Assembly: GCA_964515005.1 (NCBI GenBank)
Contig: CAZEVT010000001.1
Coordinates: 125,521-189,520 of the forward strand
Reading direction: 5' to 3'
Length of the DNA: 64,000 nt
Origin: an uncultured Gammaproteobacteria bacterium
Lineage (GTDB): Bacteria; Patescibacteriota; Microgenomatia; UBA10105; UBA927
Made by a program: the position numbers and the translations under genes. Below, in pieces: positions 39,801 through 50,699 of this stretch; the first letter of the stretch is position 1; each line of letters begins with the position of its first letter. The notes beneath the pieces are model-generated. The model was not told the DNA's origin. It saw only the letters and a list, made by a program, of their open reading frames with translations, and did not search any database.

Positions 39801-40276
39801 CGTAGTGCTATCGTTGTTTCCAATGTTTTTGATGGTAATGGAGGAACCGTTTGCGTCGTGCTGTCGATGGTAAACTGCACATGAATGGAGTTTTTTTCAC
39901 CAGGATTGCCCAAACGGGTAAAGGTTAGATTTGAAATTGCCGACCCGAAGCTTGTGAGGTTGTGACTTCCCTCATTGTTCGCCAGTAAGAGCGAATTCTC
40001 GCTTATTGCATAGGTGTTGGCGACCCCTGCGATAGTAAGAACGAGTGTCGCAGCACTATCTCCCGGTGATGCCGGCGTGACGATATCCGAAGCTCTCCCA
40101 ATGTCATAGGCCAGACGGCCAAACACATACCTGCTGTCTTCTTCGACCTCGCCAACTGCGGTACTTGAAAGTTGCATATCCAAAATCCCCGTGAACATAC
40201 GCGTCAAAATCACCATCATAACAGTGAGGAGCCCCATATAGACAATCATTTCGACAATGGTAAATCCCTTTTTCAT
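39797..40276 (-). CDS. Prepilin-type minor pilin (pseudopilin)
   Basis: MKKGFTIVEMIVYMGLLTVMMVIL. Confidence 0.75.
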   Translation of the reverse strand: MKKGFTIVEMIVYMGLLTVMMVILTRMFTGILDMQLSSTAVGEVEEDSRYVFGRLAYDIGRASDIVTPASPGDSAATLVLTIAGVANTYAISENSLLLANNEGSHNLTSFGSAISNLTFTRLGNPGEKNSIHVQFTIDSTTQTVPPLPSKTLETTIALR

Positions 40277-40277
40277 A

Positions 40278-42224
40278 TCATGGGGAATAGTTCACTGTCA
40301 TATCTGTAAATATTGGTGCAGAAAATGCATCCGAAGTCACCAGAAACGCTTTATATCGGAAACATCGGGCCGGATTCTTATACCCTGACCCGCTTGAGAG
40401 CGGAATCGCAGCGCTTGTTGCAAATTTCGTCCCTCCGGTTCCATCAGGACCCACATAGGTAAACGCAGCACCCGCACAACTGCCGGCAACTGCATCTGCT
40501 CCGGAAACTTGATACGTAAGTGTTGTATTGGCAGGCAATATGCTGTTTGCAATAAACCGATTGAATGCCGCCGAATTCGTGGCGTCAAATGTGCGGGACT
40601 CAAACGTTCCGCTATTTGAATAAATCCCACCCGGCCCGCCCTGGATAATCTTAAGCTCTGCATTTGAATCTCCTGTGATAATATACGAAAACGTATCGCC
40701 ATCCGCTTCAATAACCGAAGAAATTCCATTGACCCCTGTTGAAATGGCCAGCCCACCGCTTCGGTTGTGGTTCGTACAATGGATGGGGATTGTTTCATCG
40801 GTTATATCGATCACGACATATTGCTGGCTGCCGCCTGTGCCGACAATGATTGCTTTATTTCCGGGTACGACCGTAACTGCTTTTGGACTCATCCCGTCTG
40901 TGGCATATGATCCTATGGATGAAAGCGTTCCTGATTTCGTCGTGGTGTTAATGACAAAAAACTCTGATTTACCGCTTGCATATACGGTGGACAAATACGC
41001 ACGGGTCCCCGTTGAATTTACCACGACGTCGGTTCCAGCCCCGGCCGTCAAATTTACGTTTGCGACCACCGTCGGGCTTGCGGAATTGGCTACATTTACA
41101 ATCTGCATTTGGGTCGCTGCCGAATCTATCGCTACATACGCGTATGTACCTACGACGACTGTTTTGATGCCGGTTCCGGCAAGCGTCGTTGTGCCAAGTT
41201 GTGGTCGAGAACCCGATTTGCTGGACAAATTAAATGTATAAAAGTTACTGCCGCTTGCCATGTAGCCGACATTCCCCGATACAAATATGCTGTCACCGTC
41301 GCCATTGCCTGGTGCGTTAAAATATCCCGCCTCCGAGTATGGATTGGTGACGAGATTGATAATTTCTATTTCTTTGGAATTGTTATCAGTCGCCAAATAG
41401 GCATAATTGGTTTCTCCAAAAACATCGTTTGTTTTATACCCATCGAACGTGCCAGATACCGTCGCATGGGGAGGATCGGCATTATCGACAAGGACCGTCG
41501 CATACGACACGCCGGACGAATTATCTCCGGTACCCGTAAACACTTTCCCTTCGATTGCGGAAACCGCATTTGCTACACCATTTTTGGGAAGATCCACGGC
41601 CGCAATAGTTAGGTTTGGTGCACACCAATCGCCTTTACCTCCCGCTCCCAACGTCACTTCGCCATCCCACGTGTCGGTCGTGATAACGTCGCTTTTGGTC
41701 CCCGCGTCAAAATCCGCCTGGGTTGTTTGCACCCACACATTACTCGTTAAACGGGTCAGATAAAAGGCTGACGTGACCGCGGAGGCAATAGGAGTCCCCC
41801 AGGAAACCGCGACCGTCACGTGTTTCGTAGACGGATCCAACGAACCACCCGACTCCACAATAACACCGCTTGCGTCCCGTAATACATCCGCAATCACAAT
41901 CGACCTGGTATATCCCTGTATTGATTCGGTCCCCGACACCAGGGACCATGTTGACCCCGCCACGACGGGGTGATATGTTCCAGTAGTCGCAACATTCGAC
42001 CAGCCTGCCGCGCGTACCACCCGTATGGCCTCTCCGGCCTCGCGGGCAAGGGCCGTTGCCTCAAGCCGCTGCCTTTGCTGTGCCTGCCCCTGACGGGATG
42101 CAACAAAACCCGCCGTGATGCCGGGAATAAGAATGGCGCTCACGCCGAGGGCGACCAACAGCTCGATCAGGAGCTGACCCTTTTGAAATCTTAATTTTTT
42201 ACTCAACCGATATAACAGCGCCAT
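40278..42224 (-). CDS. Large prepilin-like protein (648 aa), candidate pilus tip/adhesin subunit
   Basis: The N-terminus is KGQLLIELLVALGVSAILIPG. It is followed by a ~600 aa Ser/Thr/Gly-rich beta-rich domain. Confidence 0.65.
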   Translation of the reverse strand: MALLYRLSKKLRFQKGQLLIELLVALGVSAILIPGITAGFVASRQGQAQQRQRLEATALAREAGEAIRVVRAAGWSNVATTGTYHPVVAGSTWSLVSGTESIQGYTRSIVIADVLRDASGVIVESGGSLDPSTKHVTVAVSWGTPIASAVTSAFYLTRLTSNVWVQTTQADFDAGTKSDVITTDTWDGEVTLGAGGKGDWCAPNLTIAAVDLPKNGVANAVSAIEGKVFTGTGDNSSGVSYATVLVDNADPPHATVSGTFDGYKTNDVFGETNYAYLATDNNSKEIEIINLVTNPYSEAGYFNAPGNGDGDSIFVSGNVGYMASGSNFYTFNLSSKSGSRPQLGTTTLAGTGIKTVVVGTYAYVAIDSAATQMQIVNVANSASPTVVANVNLTAGAGTDVVVNSTGTRAYLSTVYASGKSEFFVINTTTKSGTLSSIGSYATDGMSPKAVTVVPGNKAIIVGTGGSQQYVVIDITDETIPIHCTNHNRSGGLAISTGVNGISSVIEADGDTFSYIITGDSNAELKIIQGGPGGIYSNSGTFESRTFDATNSAAFNRFIANSILPANTTLTYQVSGADAVAGSCAGAAFTYVGPDGTGGTKFATSAAIPLSSGSGYKNPARCFRYKAFLVTSDAFSAPIFTDMTVNYSP

Positions 42225-42687
42225 AGCGATTGATGGTAATAACTTTAGACTCGTTGGTAAGGGTCTGCGTCAGGGTAACCGAGTTTGCGGCATCGGAGAA
42301 TCCCACGACGTCTCCGCTTCCTTTGTCAAATATGATGGACGCGCCAGGAAGATCAATGACGCTAAAGGTGATATTCGTAGGAAGCGGGAATGCTGCGTTT
42401 GTCGGATCTGCCCCGTTAAAACTTGTCCCTTTAAAAAGGACATACTGATTTGTTTGGAAATTGATACCAAATGCCTGTGCCGTCGTCTCACCCTGGGTAT
42501 ACCCGGACATCGCTTTGGTCTGCGCCCCACGCATATCAGCCAACACCGTCGTTACTGTTGCGCTCAATGGAGCTCGCCGTTCAATACTGGTTGCCCGAAC
42601 AATGCTCAACGCCAGAAGAGTCGTCATAATTCCCATGACAACGAGTACTTCTATGAATGTAAAACCTTGCTTTTGCATGGTAATCAA
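42199..42687 (-). CDS. Prepilin-type minor pilin
   Basis: QGFTFIEVLVVMGIMTTLLALSIV. Confidence 0.75.
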   Translation of the reverse strand: MITMQKQGFTFIEVLVVMGIMTTLLALSIVRATSIERRAPLSATVTTVLADMRGAQTKAMSGYTQGETTAQAFGINFQTNQYVLFKGTSFNGADPTNAAFPLPTNITFSVIDLPGASIIFDKGSGDVVGFSDAANSVTLTQTLTNESKVITINRYGAVISVE

Positions 42688-43739
42688 CGTCTTGCCCCCA
42701 CCTGACTGATGAGTCCATAGACCGGCGCGATAATCGCAAGCATCATTCCTCCGACGACCACCCCGACTGCCACGAGTAGTATAGGTTCCAAAAGCGAAGT
42801 AAGTGTTTTGAGGGTGTTGGTCACCTCATAATCAAAATATTCCGATATATCCTGCATGGATTTATCGAGCGTCCCGGTTTTTTCCCCGGCTTCCATAAGT
42901 TTGATCATAAGGGGCGGAATATATCCTTTTGACGCACGAAACCCTTCGGACAACTTCTTACCCGCAAATACCATATCACGCGAGGTCTTAATGATTTCCG
43001 CAGTTTTTTTTCGGATAACCACATCGGAGGTAAGCTCGAGCGCGGACGTTATGGAAAGGCCGGAAGAAAGGAGTAGATGCAAACTACGGGAAAATCTTGT
43101 AATGTCAATTTGTATAATCAGATTCGACACGATAGGCAGGGAATAAAAAAGATCAAGAAACACGGCCCGCTTATTCCGATACATGATAATCGCCAGAGCG
43201 ACAAAAAGAAACAGTCCTAAAAGAAAAAGTGCCGTGTTTTTCACAAGGAGATTAGAAAGAAAAATAAGAATTTGTGTCGGGAGAGGAAGATCAACCCGAA
43301 GCCTCTCAAATACCGTCGAAATTTTCGGCACAACAACCACCAGAATCATAAGCAGTACTCCAAAAAACACCACGACGATAAAAAGGGGGTACACCATTGC
43401 TGAACGCACTTTATCCCCAAATTCAATTTCTTTTTGAATGGTCACTTTGAGGTCCCGAAGCGTCACGTCGAGCGTCCCTGCTTCCTCCGATGCTTTGATG
43501 ACGGAAACCGTCACCTTATCAAACACCCGGGGAAATTTCGACAACGTCACATACACGTGTTTCCCCTGAATAAGATCCTCATGGAGCGTCTCGAGAATTT
43601 TCTTTTGTCCACCCTTGGCATCCTCAAGAAGGGAGTTGATAACATCCAGTATGGGAATGCCGGCGGTAAGCATGGTCGCCAGGCTCCCGATAAACGCTAT
43701 TTTTTCACTATTTTTGAGTTTTATATTTTGGTCCGTCAT
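42684..43739 (-). CDS. pilC: Type IV pilus inner-membrane platform protein PilC (GspF family)
   Basis: Duplicated GspF-like helical domains with three TM segments. It overlaps pilB by 4 nt. Confidence 0.88.
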   Translation of the reverse strand: MTDQNIKLKNSEKIAFIGSLATMLTAGIPILDVINSLLEDAKGGQKKILETLHEDLIQGKHVYVTLSKFPRVFDKVTVSVIKASEEAGTLDVTLRDLKVTIQKEIEFGDKVRSAMVYPLFIVVVFFGVLLMILVVVVPKISTVFERLRVDLPLPTQILIFLSNLLVKNTALFLLGLFLFVALAIIMYRNKRAVFLDLFYSLPIVSNLIIQIDITRFSRSLHLLLSSGLSITSALELTSDVVIRKKTAEIIKTSRDMVFAGKKLSEGFRASKGYIPPLMIKLMEAGEKTGTLDKSMQDISEYFDYEVTNTLKTLTSLLEPILLVAVGVVVGGMMLAIIAPVYGLISQVGARR

Positions 43740-45439
43740 AAGGATTCCACTTTAGTGACGCGGATAACTTCATCTATGGTCGTGAGACCCCGTCTGACCT
43801 TATCCAGCCCATCATCAAGCATCGTCGTCATCCCCTCGTCAATCGCCGATTTATTGATCGCATCCGAATCATTCTTTTCCGTTACTCTCCGCCGGATCTC
43901 CTTTGAAACTTCCAGCACTTCAAACACCCCGAGGCGGCCCGAATAGCCGGTAGTATGACAAATCTTACAGCCCTTTCCTTTATAAAGGGTCAACGCTGGT
44001 TCATCGCCGAAATGTTTTTTGATTACCTCCGCCGGCAAATGTCTGGCGAGCTCTTCCTGGGTGACCGTCTGTGTCGTTTTACACATGTCGCAGATTTTAC
44101 GCACCAGACGCTGGGCGATGATGATGTTGACGGTGGAGGCCACCAAAAACGGTTCGACTTTCATGTCCGAGAGTCTGGGAATAGCTGTTGCCGCATCGTT
44201 GGTGTGAAGGGTCGAAAGTACTAAGTGACCGGTGAGGGCGGCGTTGACCGCGATCCCCGCCGTCTCACTGTCGCGAATCTCGCCGACGAAGATGATATTG
44301 GGGTCCTGGCGGAGAATTGACCGCAGCCCGTTGGCAAATGTGAGGTTGGTCTTCGGGTTGACCTGTACCTGATTGGCTCCCTTGATGCGGTACTCGACCG
44401 GATCTTCCACCGTCGTGATGTTTTTTTCACGCGTGTTGAGGATTTTCAATATGGAATAAATCGACGTTGTTTTCCCCGACCCAGTCGGGCCGGTCGAGAG
44501 AATCATGCCGTATGATTTGTTGTATGCAGCCGTCACTTTTTGCAAATCTTTTTCACTCATGCCCAAATCCGTCAGTGTAATCTCCCGACTCCGCGAAGAC
44601 AAAAGACGAAGGACTGCTTTTTCTCCCTCGACGATCGGGATAATGGACACACGGATATCCAGATTTTCCTCTTCAAGGGCAAGGCGCATCTTGCCGTCCT
44701 GCGCGCTCATGTGTTCATCGGTGCGAAGTCCGGAGAGTACTTTGATGCGCGTCATGATGCGGTCATGGAGCACTTTGGGAACCCGAAGCACCTCGTGAAG
44801 GACGCCGTCGATACGGAAACGGATGAGGGAATTGTGTTCTTCCGGTTCGATATGGATATCGGACGCCTTATCCTGATAGGCCGCGTCTATAAGGACGTCG
44901 ACGATTTTGGCAATCGGCAAATCATCATAGACTGCGGCAGTTGCTTTTTTAATATCTTCTTTCAAAAGCTCGTCGATCGTTTTTTGAAGGACTTTTTTGT
45001 AAACCTGCAGCGTATTTTCAATATCCCGGTCCGTTGCATAGTGGACAAATACCCGTGCATTTGTTTTTTTGGCAACCATCTCGACAATCGCGTTGTTGGC
45101 TGGATCCGATAAGGCCATCTTGACCCCGTTTTGATCGCGGGCAAATGCAATAGCTTTCTGCTTTTTGGCTGTTTTTTCCGGAATGATATGAAATACGTCC
45201 TCCGGAATCGTAAACGTGGAAAGAGCGACAAACGGTACGTTTAAAGACTGGGCAACAAGCGCACCTATTTGCTCATCAGTCAGTACCCCTTTTTCCACTA
45301 AGGCCGCAGACAACGGAACGTTAGCGGTTTCGGCAAATTTTATGGCTTCGGATAGTTTGGCCGGGTCACCGGTGCCACTCTTAGTCACGAGCGCCGCTAG
45401 CTCCTTGTTGGACAGGATCATAGATCTATCATACAACAA
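43736..45439 (-). CDS. pilB: Type IV pilus assembly ATPase PilB (GspE family)
   Basis: Walker A LSTGPTGSGKTTSIY, a CxxC tetracysteine region (CDMCKT...CKIC), and Asp and His boxes. Confidence 0.92.
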   Translation of the reverse strand: MLYDRSMILSNKELAALVTKSGTGDPAKLSEAIKFAETANVPLSAALVEKGVLTDEQIGALVAQSLNVPFVALSTFTIPEDVFHIIPEKTAKKQKAIAFARDQNGVKMALSDPANNAIVEMVAKKTNARVFVHYATDRDIENTLQVYKKVLQKTIDELLKEDIKKATAAVYDDLPIAKIVDVLIDAAYQDKASDIHIEPEEHNSLIRFRIDGVLHEVLRVPKVLHDRIMTRIKVLSGLRTDEHMSAQDGKMRLALEEENLDIRVSIIPIVEGEKAVLRLLSSRSREITLTDLGMSEKDLQKVTAAYNKSYGMILSTGPTGSGKTTSIYSILKILNTREKNITTVEDPVEYRIKGANQVQVNPKTNLTFANGLRSILRQDPNIIFVGEIRDSETAGIAVNAALTGHLVLSTLHTNDAATAIPRLSDMKVEPFLVASTVNIIIAQRLVRKICDMCKTTQTVTQEELARHLPAEVIKKHFGDEPALTLYKGKGCKICHTTGYSGRLGVFEVLEVSKEIRRRVTEKNDSDAINKSAIDEGMTTMLDDGLDKVRRGLTTIDEVIRVTKVESL

Positions 45440-45448
45440 TAACAGGGT

Positions 45449-47272
45449 TTATTTCGATGCTCTGGCGGAGCGGGTGCGGTCGGTTTTGGTGAGGAATTTT
45501 TTGCGAAGACGCAGATTCTCCGGTGTTATTTCCAGAAGCTCATCATCCTCGATAAAATCTAAGGCCTGCTCCAGGCTCATCACGACGGGCGGATCCAATT
45601 GAATTGCAATATCGGCATTCGCACTGTGAATATTGGTCAGTTTTTTGGTTTTACAGACGTTGATATCAATATCTTCAGACCGGTTATTGACCCCGACGAT
45701 CATACCCTCGTAGACGGGAATCCCCGGACCGATAAATGCTTTTCCCCGATCCTGCACGGTAGTCAGGGCATAGCCCGATGACTTCCCCGACTCAATAGAA
45801 ACGAGGACGCCGTTTCGCAGCTTTGCAATACGGGGAGCCACCGGAAAATATCCGATGATGCGGGGCGCGAATATGCCGTTCCCGCGGGTTTTGGTGAGAA
45901 TATCACCGCGGAACCCCAGGAGGTTTCGGCTGGAAACTTTGTAGACCATGCGGGTGACCCCCCGCGTGTTGGTGTGGGTATCAAGCATAACCGCGCGTCT
46001 CCGACCCAGCTCCTCGGAAATCACGCCAACATACGCATTGTCGATTTCAATCGTCATTTCTTCAAACGGCTCGTTCGTTTTCCCATCAATTTCTTTCAGA
46101 ATCACTTCGGGTTTACCGACTTGAAATTCATACCCTTCGCGCCGCAGGTTCTCAAAGAGAATGGCCAGGTGCAACTCTCCCCGGCCGGCGACGATAAATC
46201 CGGTGCCATCGGGATTTTCGGTAATCCGAAGGCCGATATTGGTCTTTTTTTCCTTGACGAGTCGCTGGTAAATCTGGCGCGCGGTCGAAAATTTGCCTTC
46301 CCGTCCGGCAAACGGAGAACTATTGGGGGCAACAAGGATTTTTAAGGTCGGCTCCTCGACGTGAATTGCTGGAAATCCTGTGGGATCAGACGGGTCAGTC
46401 AGCGTCTGACCTATCCCTACATCAGGAATCCCGGTGATGGCGACTATGTCCCCGGTTTCTCCCATCGGCGCGGCCACACGCTTAAGTCCGACACTCGTAA
46501 ATACCTCAAGCACCGTAAATGCTCCGAGTTTTTCGCCCTCGAGCATTTGAAATACTTTCTGACCGGGTACAACCTTCCCCTGGGCAATTTTCCCAATGGC
46601 AAATGACCCTTTGTGGGTGTCAAAATCCAGAGTAGACACAAGCATTTTAAACGGCTTGGTGGAGTCTATAACGGGAGCAGGAATATATTTTACAATTGCG
46701 TCAAAAAGCGGCGTCAGATCTTCCGGCGCATCCATATCCGTGGGGTAGGTGGCCCACGCTTTTCCTTCGCGACCGACCGCATAGAGAACCGGAAAATCCA
46801 AATGTCCCTCGTGATGAGCCATGTGGAGGATAAGCTCTTCTGTTTCACGAAGTACTTCCGCGGCTCGCGCGTCTTTGCGGTCAATTTTGTTGATAACGAC
46901 GATAATCTTCAGGTTATGCTCCAGCGTTTTTTGTAGGACAAACTGCGTTTGTGGGAGCGGCCCTTCAGCGGCATCAACAACAAGAAGCACACCGTCTGCC
47001 ATGTTGATGACGCGCTCCACTTCACCCGAAAAGTCCGCGTGTCCGGGGGTATCGATGATGTTTATTTTGGTATCGTGATACTGGACTGCCGTGTTTTTGG
47101 CGAGAATCGTAATCCCTTTTTCCCGCTCGAGGGCATTGCTGTCGAGGATCGTCGTCTGAGTCATTTCCGCTTGATTATCCCGAAACGTATGGGTCTGCTT
47201 GAGCATCCCGTCTACAAGGGTAGTTTTCCCATGATCCACATGAGCAATAATAGCTACATTTCGAATATCCAT
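45449..47272 (-). CDS. typA: Translational GTPase TypA/BipA
   Basis: [32 protein letters not shown]. The start was trimmed to an internal ATG. Confidence 0.92.
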   Translation of the reverse strand: MDIRNVAIIAHVDHGKTTLVDGMLKQTHTFRDNQAEMTQTTILDSNALEREKGITILAKNTAVQYHDTKINIIDTPGHADFSGEVERVINMADGVLLVVDAAEGPLPQTQFVLQKTLEHNLKIIVVINKIDRKDARAAEVLRETEELILHMAHHEGHLDFPVLYAVGREGKAWATYPTDMDAPEDLTPLFDAIVKYIPAPVIDSTKPFKMLVSTLDFDTHKGSFAIGKIAQGKVVPGQKVFQMLEGEKLGAFTVLEVFTSVGLKRVAAPMGETGDIVAITGIPDVGIGQTLTDPSDPTGFPAIHVEEPTLKILVAPNSSPFAGREGKFSTARQIYQRLVKEKKTNIGLRITENPDGTGFIVAGRGELHLAILFENLRREGYEFQVGKPEVILKEIDGKTNEPFEEMTIEIDNAYVGVISEELGRRRAVMLDTHTNTRGVTRMVYKVSSRNLLGFRGDILTKTRGNGIFAPRIIGYFPVAPRIAKLRNGVLVSIESGKSSGYALTTVQDRGKAFIGPGIPVYEGMIVGVNNRSEDIDINVCKTKKLTNIHSANADIAIQLDPPVVMSLEQALDFIEDDELLEITPENLRLRKKFLTKTDRTRSARASK

Positions 47273-47343
47273 AGAAATAGAAAAACCCGCGTCCAGCGGG
47301 TGTCCGTTTGGGCAGAACAAGGCTATTATACACTATATAGGCT

Positions 47344-47724
47344 CTAAAATGCTCGCTGAAGTTTTTTATCAAAAGTTTTGAATTCTTTTGCTCCTTTTGT
47401 TTTTGCATACACCAAATTGTATGCATCTTCTAGATCAAAAGAACCTTCTTGATATATCAAACCTGCTTTCTGCAACATAGATCGTTCTTCTATATCCAGA
47501 AACTGCATATTGAGAATCTGCAGAAGCAACGTAGCAATGTCCTTTTTGTCTTTTTTATAAAAACTTGTCAACACCCAATAAAGCTCAAAAATAACGACCG
47601 TTGACGTAAATAATTTCTTTTTACCGGTTGCGCCACTCCGAAACAACGATTTAGCCTTCTCGTACTGATCAACAACATCTGCGCGAAGGAATCGAAGAAA
47701 ATAATTCGTATCAACAAAAATCAT
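47344..47724 (-). CDS. vapC: PIN-domain toxin (VapC-like)
   Basis: MIFVDTNYFLRFL. It overlaps the upstream antitoxin gene by 4 nt. Confidence 0.7.
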   Translation of the reverse strand: MIFVDTNYFLRFLRADVVDQYEKAKSLFRSGATGKKKLFTSTVVIFELYWVLTSFYKKDKKDIATLLLQILNMQFLDIEERSMLQKAGLIYQEGSFDLEDAYNLVYAKTKGAKEFKTFDKKLQRAF

Positions 47725-47975
47725 GATTTCTTTTTCTTGAAATACTCATGCTTTGCTATTTTAATGATTTCATCTTCTGATTTTCCTCTATACCTCTTGG
47801 GAACTCTGAGCGATCCTGCCAGAGATTCAACTAAAGATATAGCCGGCTCAATGATAAGTTGATTTCCTATAGCACGAACAAGTACTTTTTTTGTGGTTTG
47901 TAAGCCGAGCTGTTCAAATAGTAAAGCCGGAATAGTCAATTGCCGTTTGCTCGTAATCGTTGCTATCTGTTGCAT
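47721..47975 (-). CDS. vapB: AbrB/MazE-type (SpoVT-AbrB fold) antitoxin
   Basis: KRQLTIPALLFEQLGLQ...LIIEP is a swapped-hairpin motif. Confidence 0.6.
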   Translation of the reverse strand: MQQIATITSKRQLTIPALLFEQLGLQTTKKVLVRAIGNQLIIEPAISLVESLAGSLRVPKRYRGKSEDEIIKIAKHEYFKKKKS

Positions 47976-48024
47976 AGTAAGGAAACTATATCATAGTAAG
48001 GAAGATTTGTCAAGGTAAGGAAAA

Positions 48025-48564
48025 TTGACTATGGTATACTATACAATTATGGAAACGGCAACTATCGCCGGTGGGTGTTTTTGGTGTACCGAAGCTGTAT
48101 TTAAACGCCTGAAAGGTGTTATGTCAGTCATACCAGGATATGCCGGCGGCTCTATACCTAATCCGACGTATAAGCAGGTTTGCGACGGCAATACCGGGCA
48201 CGCCGAGGCAATTCAAATATCTTTCGATCCCGCAAAAATCTCGTTTGAAAAACTTCTCCAAATATTTTTTCACCTCCACGACCCCACCACGATGAACCGC
48301 CAAGGGAACGACGTCGGGCCGCAGTACCGATCGGCAATTTTTTACCATGACGAGGCACAAAAAGTAACCGCCGAAAAAATAAAAAAGGAAATTGAGGGCG
48401 CAGTAACAGAAATCACACTGTACACCAACTTCTACCCGGCCGAAGACTACCACCGCGACTACTACGCCAAAAATAGCTATCAGCCATATTGCCAGTACGT
48501 CATCGATCCGAAAATTCAGAAACTCACGCGCGAATTTGCCACCGACCTCAAACCCAGAATTTAA
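48025..48564 (+). CDS. msrA: Peptide methionine-S-sulfoxide reductase MsrA
   Basis: Active site [15 protein letters not shown]. Confidence 0.92.
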   Translation: MTMVYYTIMETATIAGGCFWCTEAVFKRLKGVMSVIPGYAGGSIPNPTYKQVCDGNTGHAEAIQISFDPAKISFEKLLQIFFHLHDPTTMNRQGNDVGPQYRSAIFYHDEAQKVTAEKIKKEIEGAVTEITLYTNFYPAEDYHRDYYAKNSYQPYCQYVIDPKIQKLTREFATDLKPRI

Positions 48565-49433
48565 TGGTAGCGGACGACGAGTTGCGGGGTATTGCCGGTT
48601 CCGGTATTGTTGTCTGCCGATTCAAAGTATGCGAAGTCTCCGGTCACGTCTCCGCCAGTAGCTTCCGTGGTCAGATGGATACGATACTGCGAGCGGCTCC
48701 GTGAGTTGGTTCGATCATTTCGAAGTGCATCCGTCACATCAATCTCTTTCCACGCCACCGAAGCGCTTGAACTTAGGGTCGCAAAACTTGACGATATGGC
48801 GGCCACCGCATAATCGCTGTTGTCGAGCGAATCTCCGTATTCGAGATGATCAACTTTTATACTCCCCCCGCCAGCCCCATACGGATCGCCGATCACGCTT
48901 GTCTGGTAGAGGCGAAGAGTTACCTGATCAATCGTCACGCCAGAGGGAAGGCTCCCCAGGTCAAAACTCGCAAATCCGCGGGTGACTAACGTTGCGTTCC
49001 GCCCCGCGCGAATCTCAAGCGCATTATTTCCGCCGCCGTTATTGGCCCGGAATCCGTCAATGGCAGCTGAAGAGTTCAGCGTTGTTGTCTGACTTGCAGG
49101 AGTCGGAGTGGGAGTGGGCGTTTTCGTAGGCGTGGGAGTGGGCGTTTTCGTTGGAGTTGGTTTTAAAGTCGACTTGGGCGTAGCTGTTGGACTGGTTGCC
49201 GGCTCGGGAGTCGGCGTCGGGGCCTCGGTTGGCGTGGGAGTAGGTTCAGCCGCGCCTTGTCTACCATACTTGTACGCGGCACCTGCCGCACCCAAAGAAA
49301 GAAGCACAACAGTACCCAAAATCACCCACTTCAAGGGAAATTTTTTCTTTGGGCCAGAGGGGGCAATCGGTGGGGCAGAAGTGTCTTGTCCTTCCATTCG
49401 CCACATCGTAGATGATCCCAGAACAAAAGTCAA
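48561..49433 (-). CDS. Membrane-anchored surface protein with Thr/Pro-rich linker
   Basis: N-terminal TM helix. Linker [48 protein letters not shown]. Beta-rich C-terminal domain. Confidence 0.45.
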   Translation of the reverse strand: MTFVLGSSTMWRMEGQDTSAPPIAPSGPKKKFPLKWVILGTVVLLSLGAAGAAYKYGRQGAAEPTPTPTEAPTPTPEPATSPTATPKSTLKPTPTKTPTPTPTKTPTPTPTPASQTTTLNSSAAIDGFRANNGGGNNALEIRAGRNATLVTRGFASFDLGSLPSGVTIDQVTLRLYQTSVIGDPYGAGGGSIKVDHLEYGDSLDNSDYAVAAISSSFATLSSSASVAWKEIDVTDALRNDRTNSRSRSQYRIHLTTEATGGDVTGDFAYFESADNNTGTGNTPQLVVRYH

Positions 49434-49870
49434 ATCCAGCGGCGGATCCGTTTGCGGTATTTTTGATAGGAGTCGCCAAACGTCTTCGTCAACATACCTT
49501 CTTCAAAAGGGATAACGAGCGTCTGTATGAAGAAGAAAAACATGACTGGCCCGACAAACGCAAGCACATTGGCAAACACCATTGCCGTTCCCGTGGCAAC
49601 CAAAAGAAAGCCCAGATAGATGGGATTGCGGCTCACGCGATACGGGCCGGTGGTGATAAGGGCGGAAGGCTTGCCGCGGGGGTGAAGGGTCGTTTTGTGT
49701 TTCTGAAAAAACTGTACCGTCCAGACAAAAAGTGCGATGCCAGCGACTATGAGTAGCATACCGGCTTTCGGCAAAAAATCCGCGGCGAGGTGCAGTCCGG
49801 GAGAAATTGTGCTTGCCAAAAACGAAACTATGATGGCGCCGACAAGAAGTATTGGCGGTGGAATAAACAT
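49430..49870 (-). CDS. Isoprenylcysteine carboxyl methyltransferase (ICMT/PEMT) family membrane methyltransferase
   Basis: [21 protein letters not shown] and the C-terminal EE...FG..Y..Y motif. Confidence 0.7.
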   Translation of the reverse strand: MFIPPPILLVGAIIVSFLASTISPGLHLAADFLPKAGMLLIVAGIALFVWTVQFFQKHKTTLHPRGKPSALITTGPYRVSRNPIYLGFLLVATGTAMVFANVLAFVGPVMFFFFIQTLVIPFEEGMLTKTFGDSYQKYRKRIRRWI

Positions 49871-49940
49871 AGCTACTTCATCATATACCGCCCGCAGAAA
49901 AATAGAAACACGGGAAGTGTGGTACAGTACGCGTGATCAT

Positions 49941-50699
49941 ATGAGGCACCTCTCTACTATAGTGCTCATCGCACTTTTTCTTCTGTCTCCGCTTTTGCCC
50001 ACCCCAACAGTATTTGCCGCAGTCGTCATCAACGAAATATATCCCAAGCCAAGCCAGGAAGACACGGAATGGATAGAACTGTACAACAACGGACCCGCAT
50101 CCGTATCGCTCGACCGATGGAAACTCCAAAATACATCGGGCACAGTCACGACGTATATGATGAACGCAAGCTTCAACATTGCAGGGAACAGTTTTTTGAC
50201 CTTCCCCAAATCCCAAACCGGTATCAGCTTGAATAACGAGGGGGACGCAGTAAAGTTGATTGACGAGAATAATAATCAGGTAGACAATCAGGGCTATCCC
50301 AGTGTTCTTGGCTACAATACCTCCGTCGGACGAACGGTTGATGGAGGAGGCACGTGGGCCCTCTGCATAACACCGGCAACACCAAATACCGCGAATCATT
50401 GTCCCCAGCCGTCTCCGACGGCGACCCCCATGCCAACGGCGACCCCCATGCCAACCGCAACACCCCTGCCCACGGCCACTCCTACCCCAACGCAAACATT
50501 CGCTGCATTTGTACCCACCTCTCCTCCGGTTGCTACCACAGAGATCCTAGGGGTGACTATCCAACCCACGCAAGCGCCAATTGAATCATTTGATGTTTTG
50601 ACGTTTAAGGTAAGTAAAATTCTCCTGTTACAGATCCTTCTGGTAATTATAGGATGGGGAAGTATTGCGCTTGTCGCCTATATACGGCGCAGGCGCTAA
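49941..50699 (+). CDS. Lamin-tail-domain (LTD) surface protein with PT-rich linker and C-terminal TM anchor
   Basis: VVINEIYPKPSQEDTEWIELYNNG is the LTD signature. Linker PTATPMPTATPMPTATPLPTATPTPT. C-terminal TM helix. The start was trimmed to an internal ATG. Confidence 0.6.
   Translation: MRHLSTIVLIALFLLSPLLPTPTVFAAVVINEIYPKPSQEDTEWIELYNNGPASVSLDRWKLQNTSGTVTTYMMNASFNIAGNSFLTFPKSQTGISLNNEGDAVKLIDENNNQVDNQGYPSVLGYNTSVGRTVDGGGTWALCITPATPNTANHCPQPSPTATPMPTATPMPTATPLPTATPTPTQTFAAFVPTSPPVATTEILGVTIQPTQAPIESFDVLTFKVSKILLLQILLVIIGWGSIALVAYIRRRR

Noticed and set aside
49100-49260. Short tandem DNA repeats (ggagtgggagtgggcgttttcgt...) that could suggest a CRISPR or VNTR
   Set aside because: The periodicity comes from codons of the [12 protein letters not shown] protein linker on the minus strand. 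There are no spacer-repeat units and no cas genes. I call no CRISPR array anywhere in the window.
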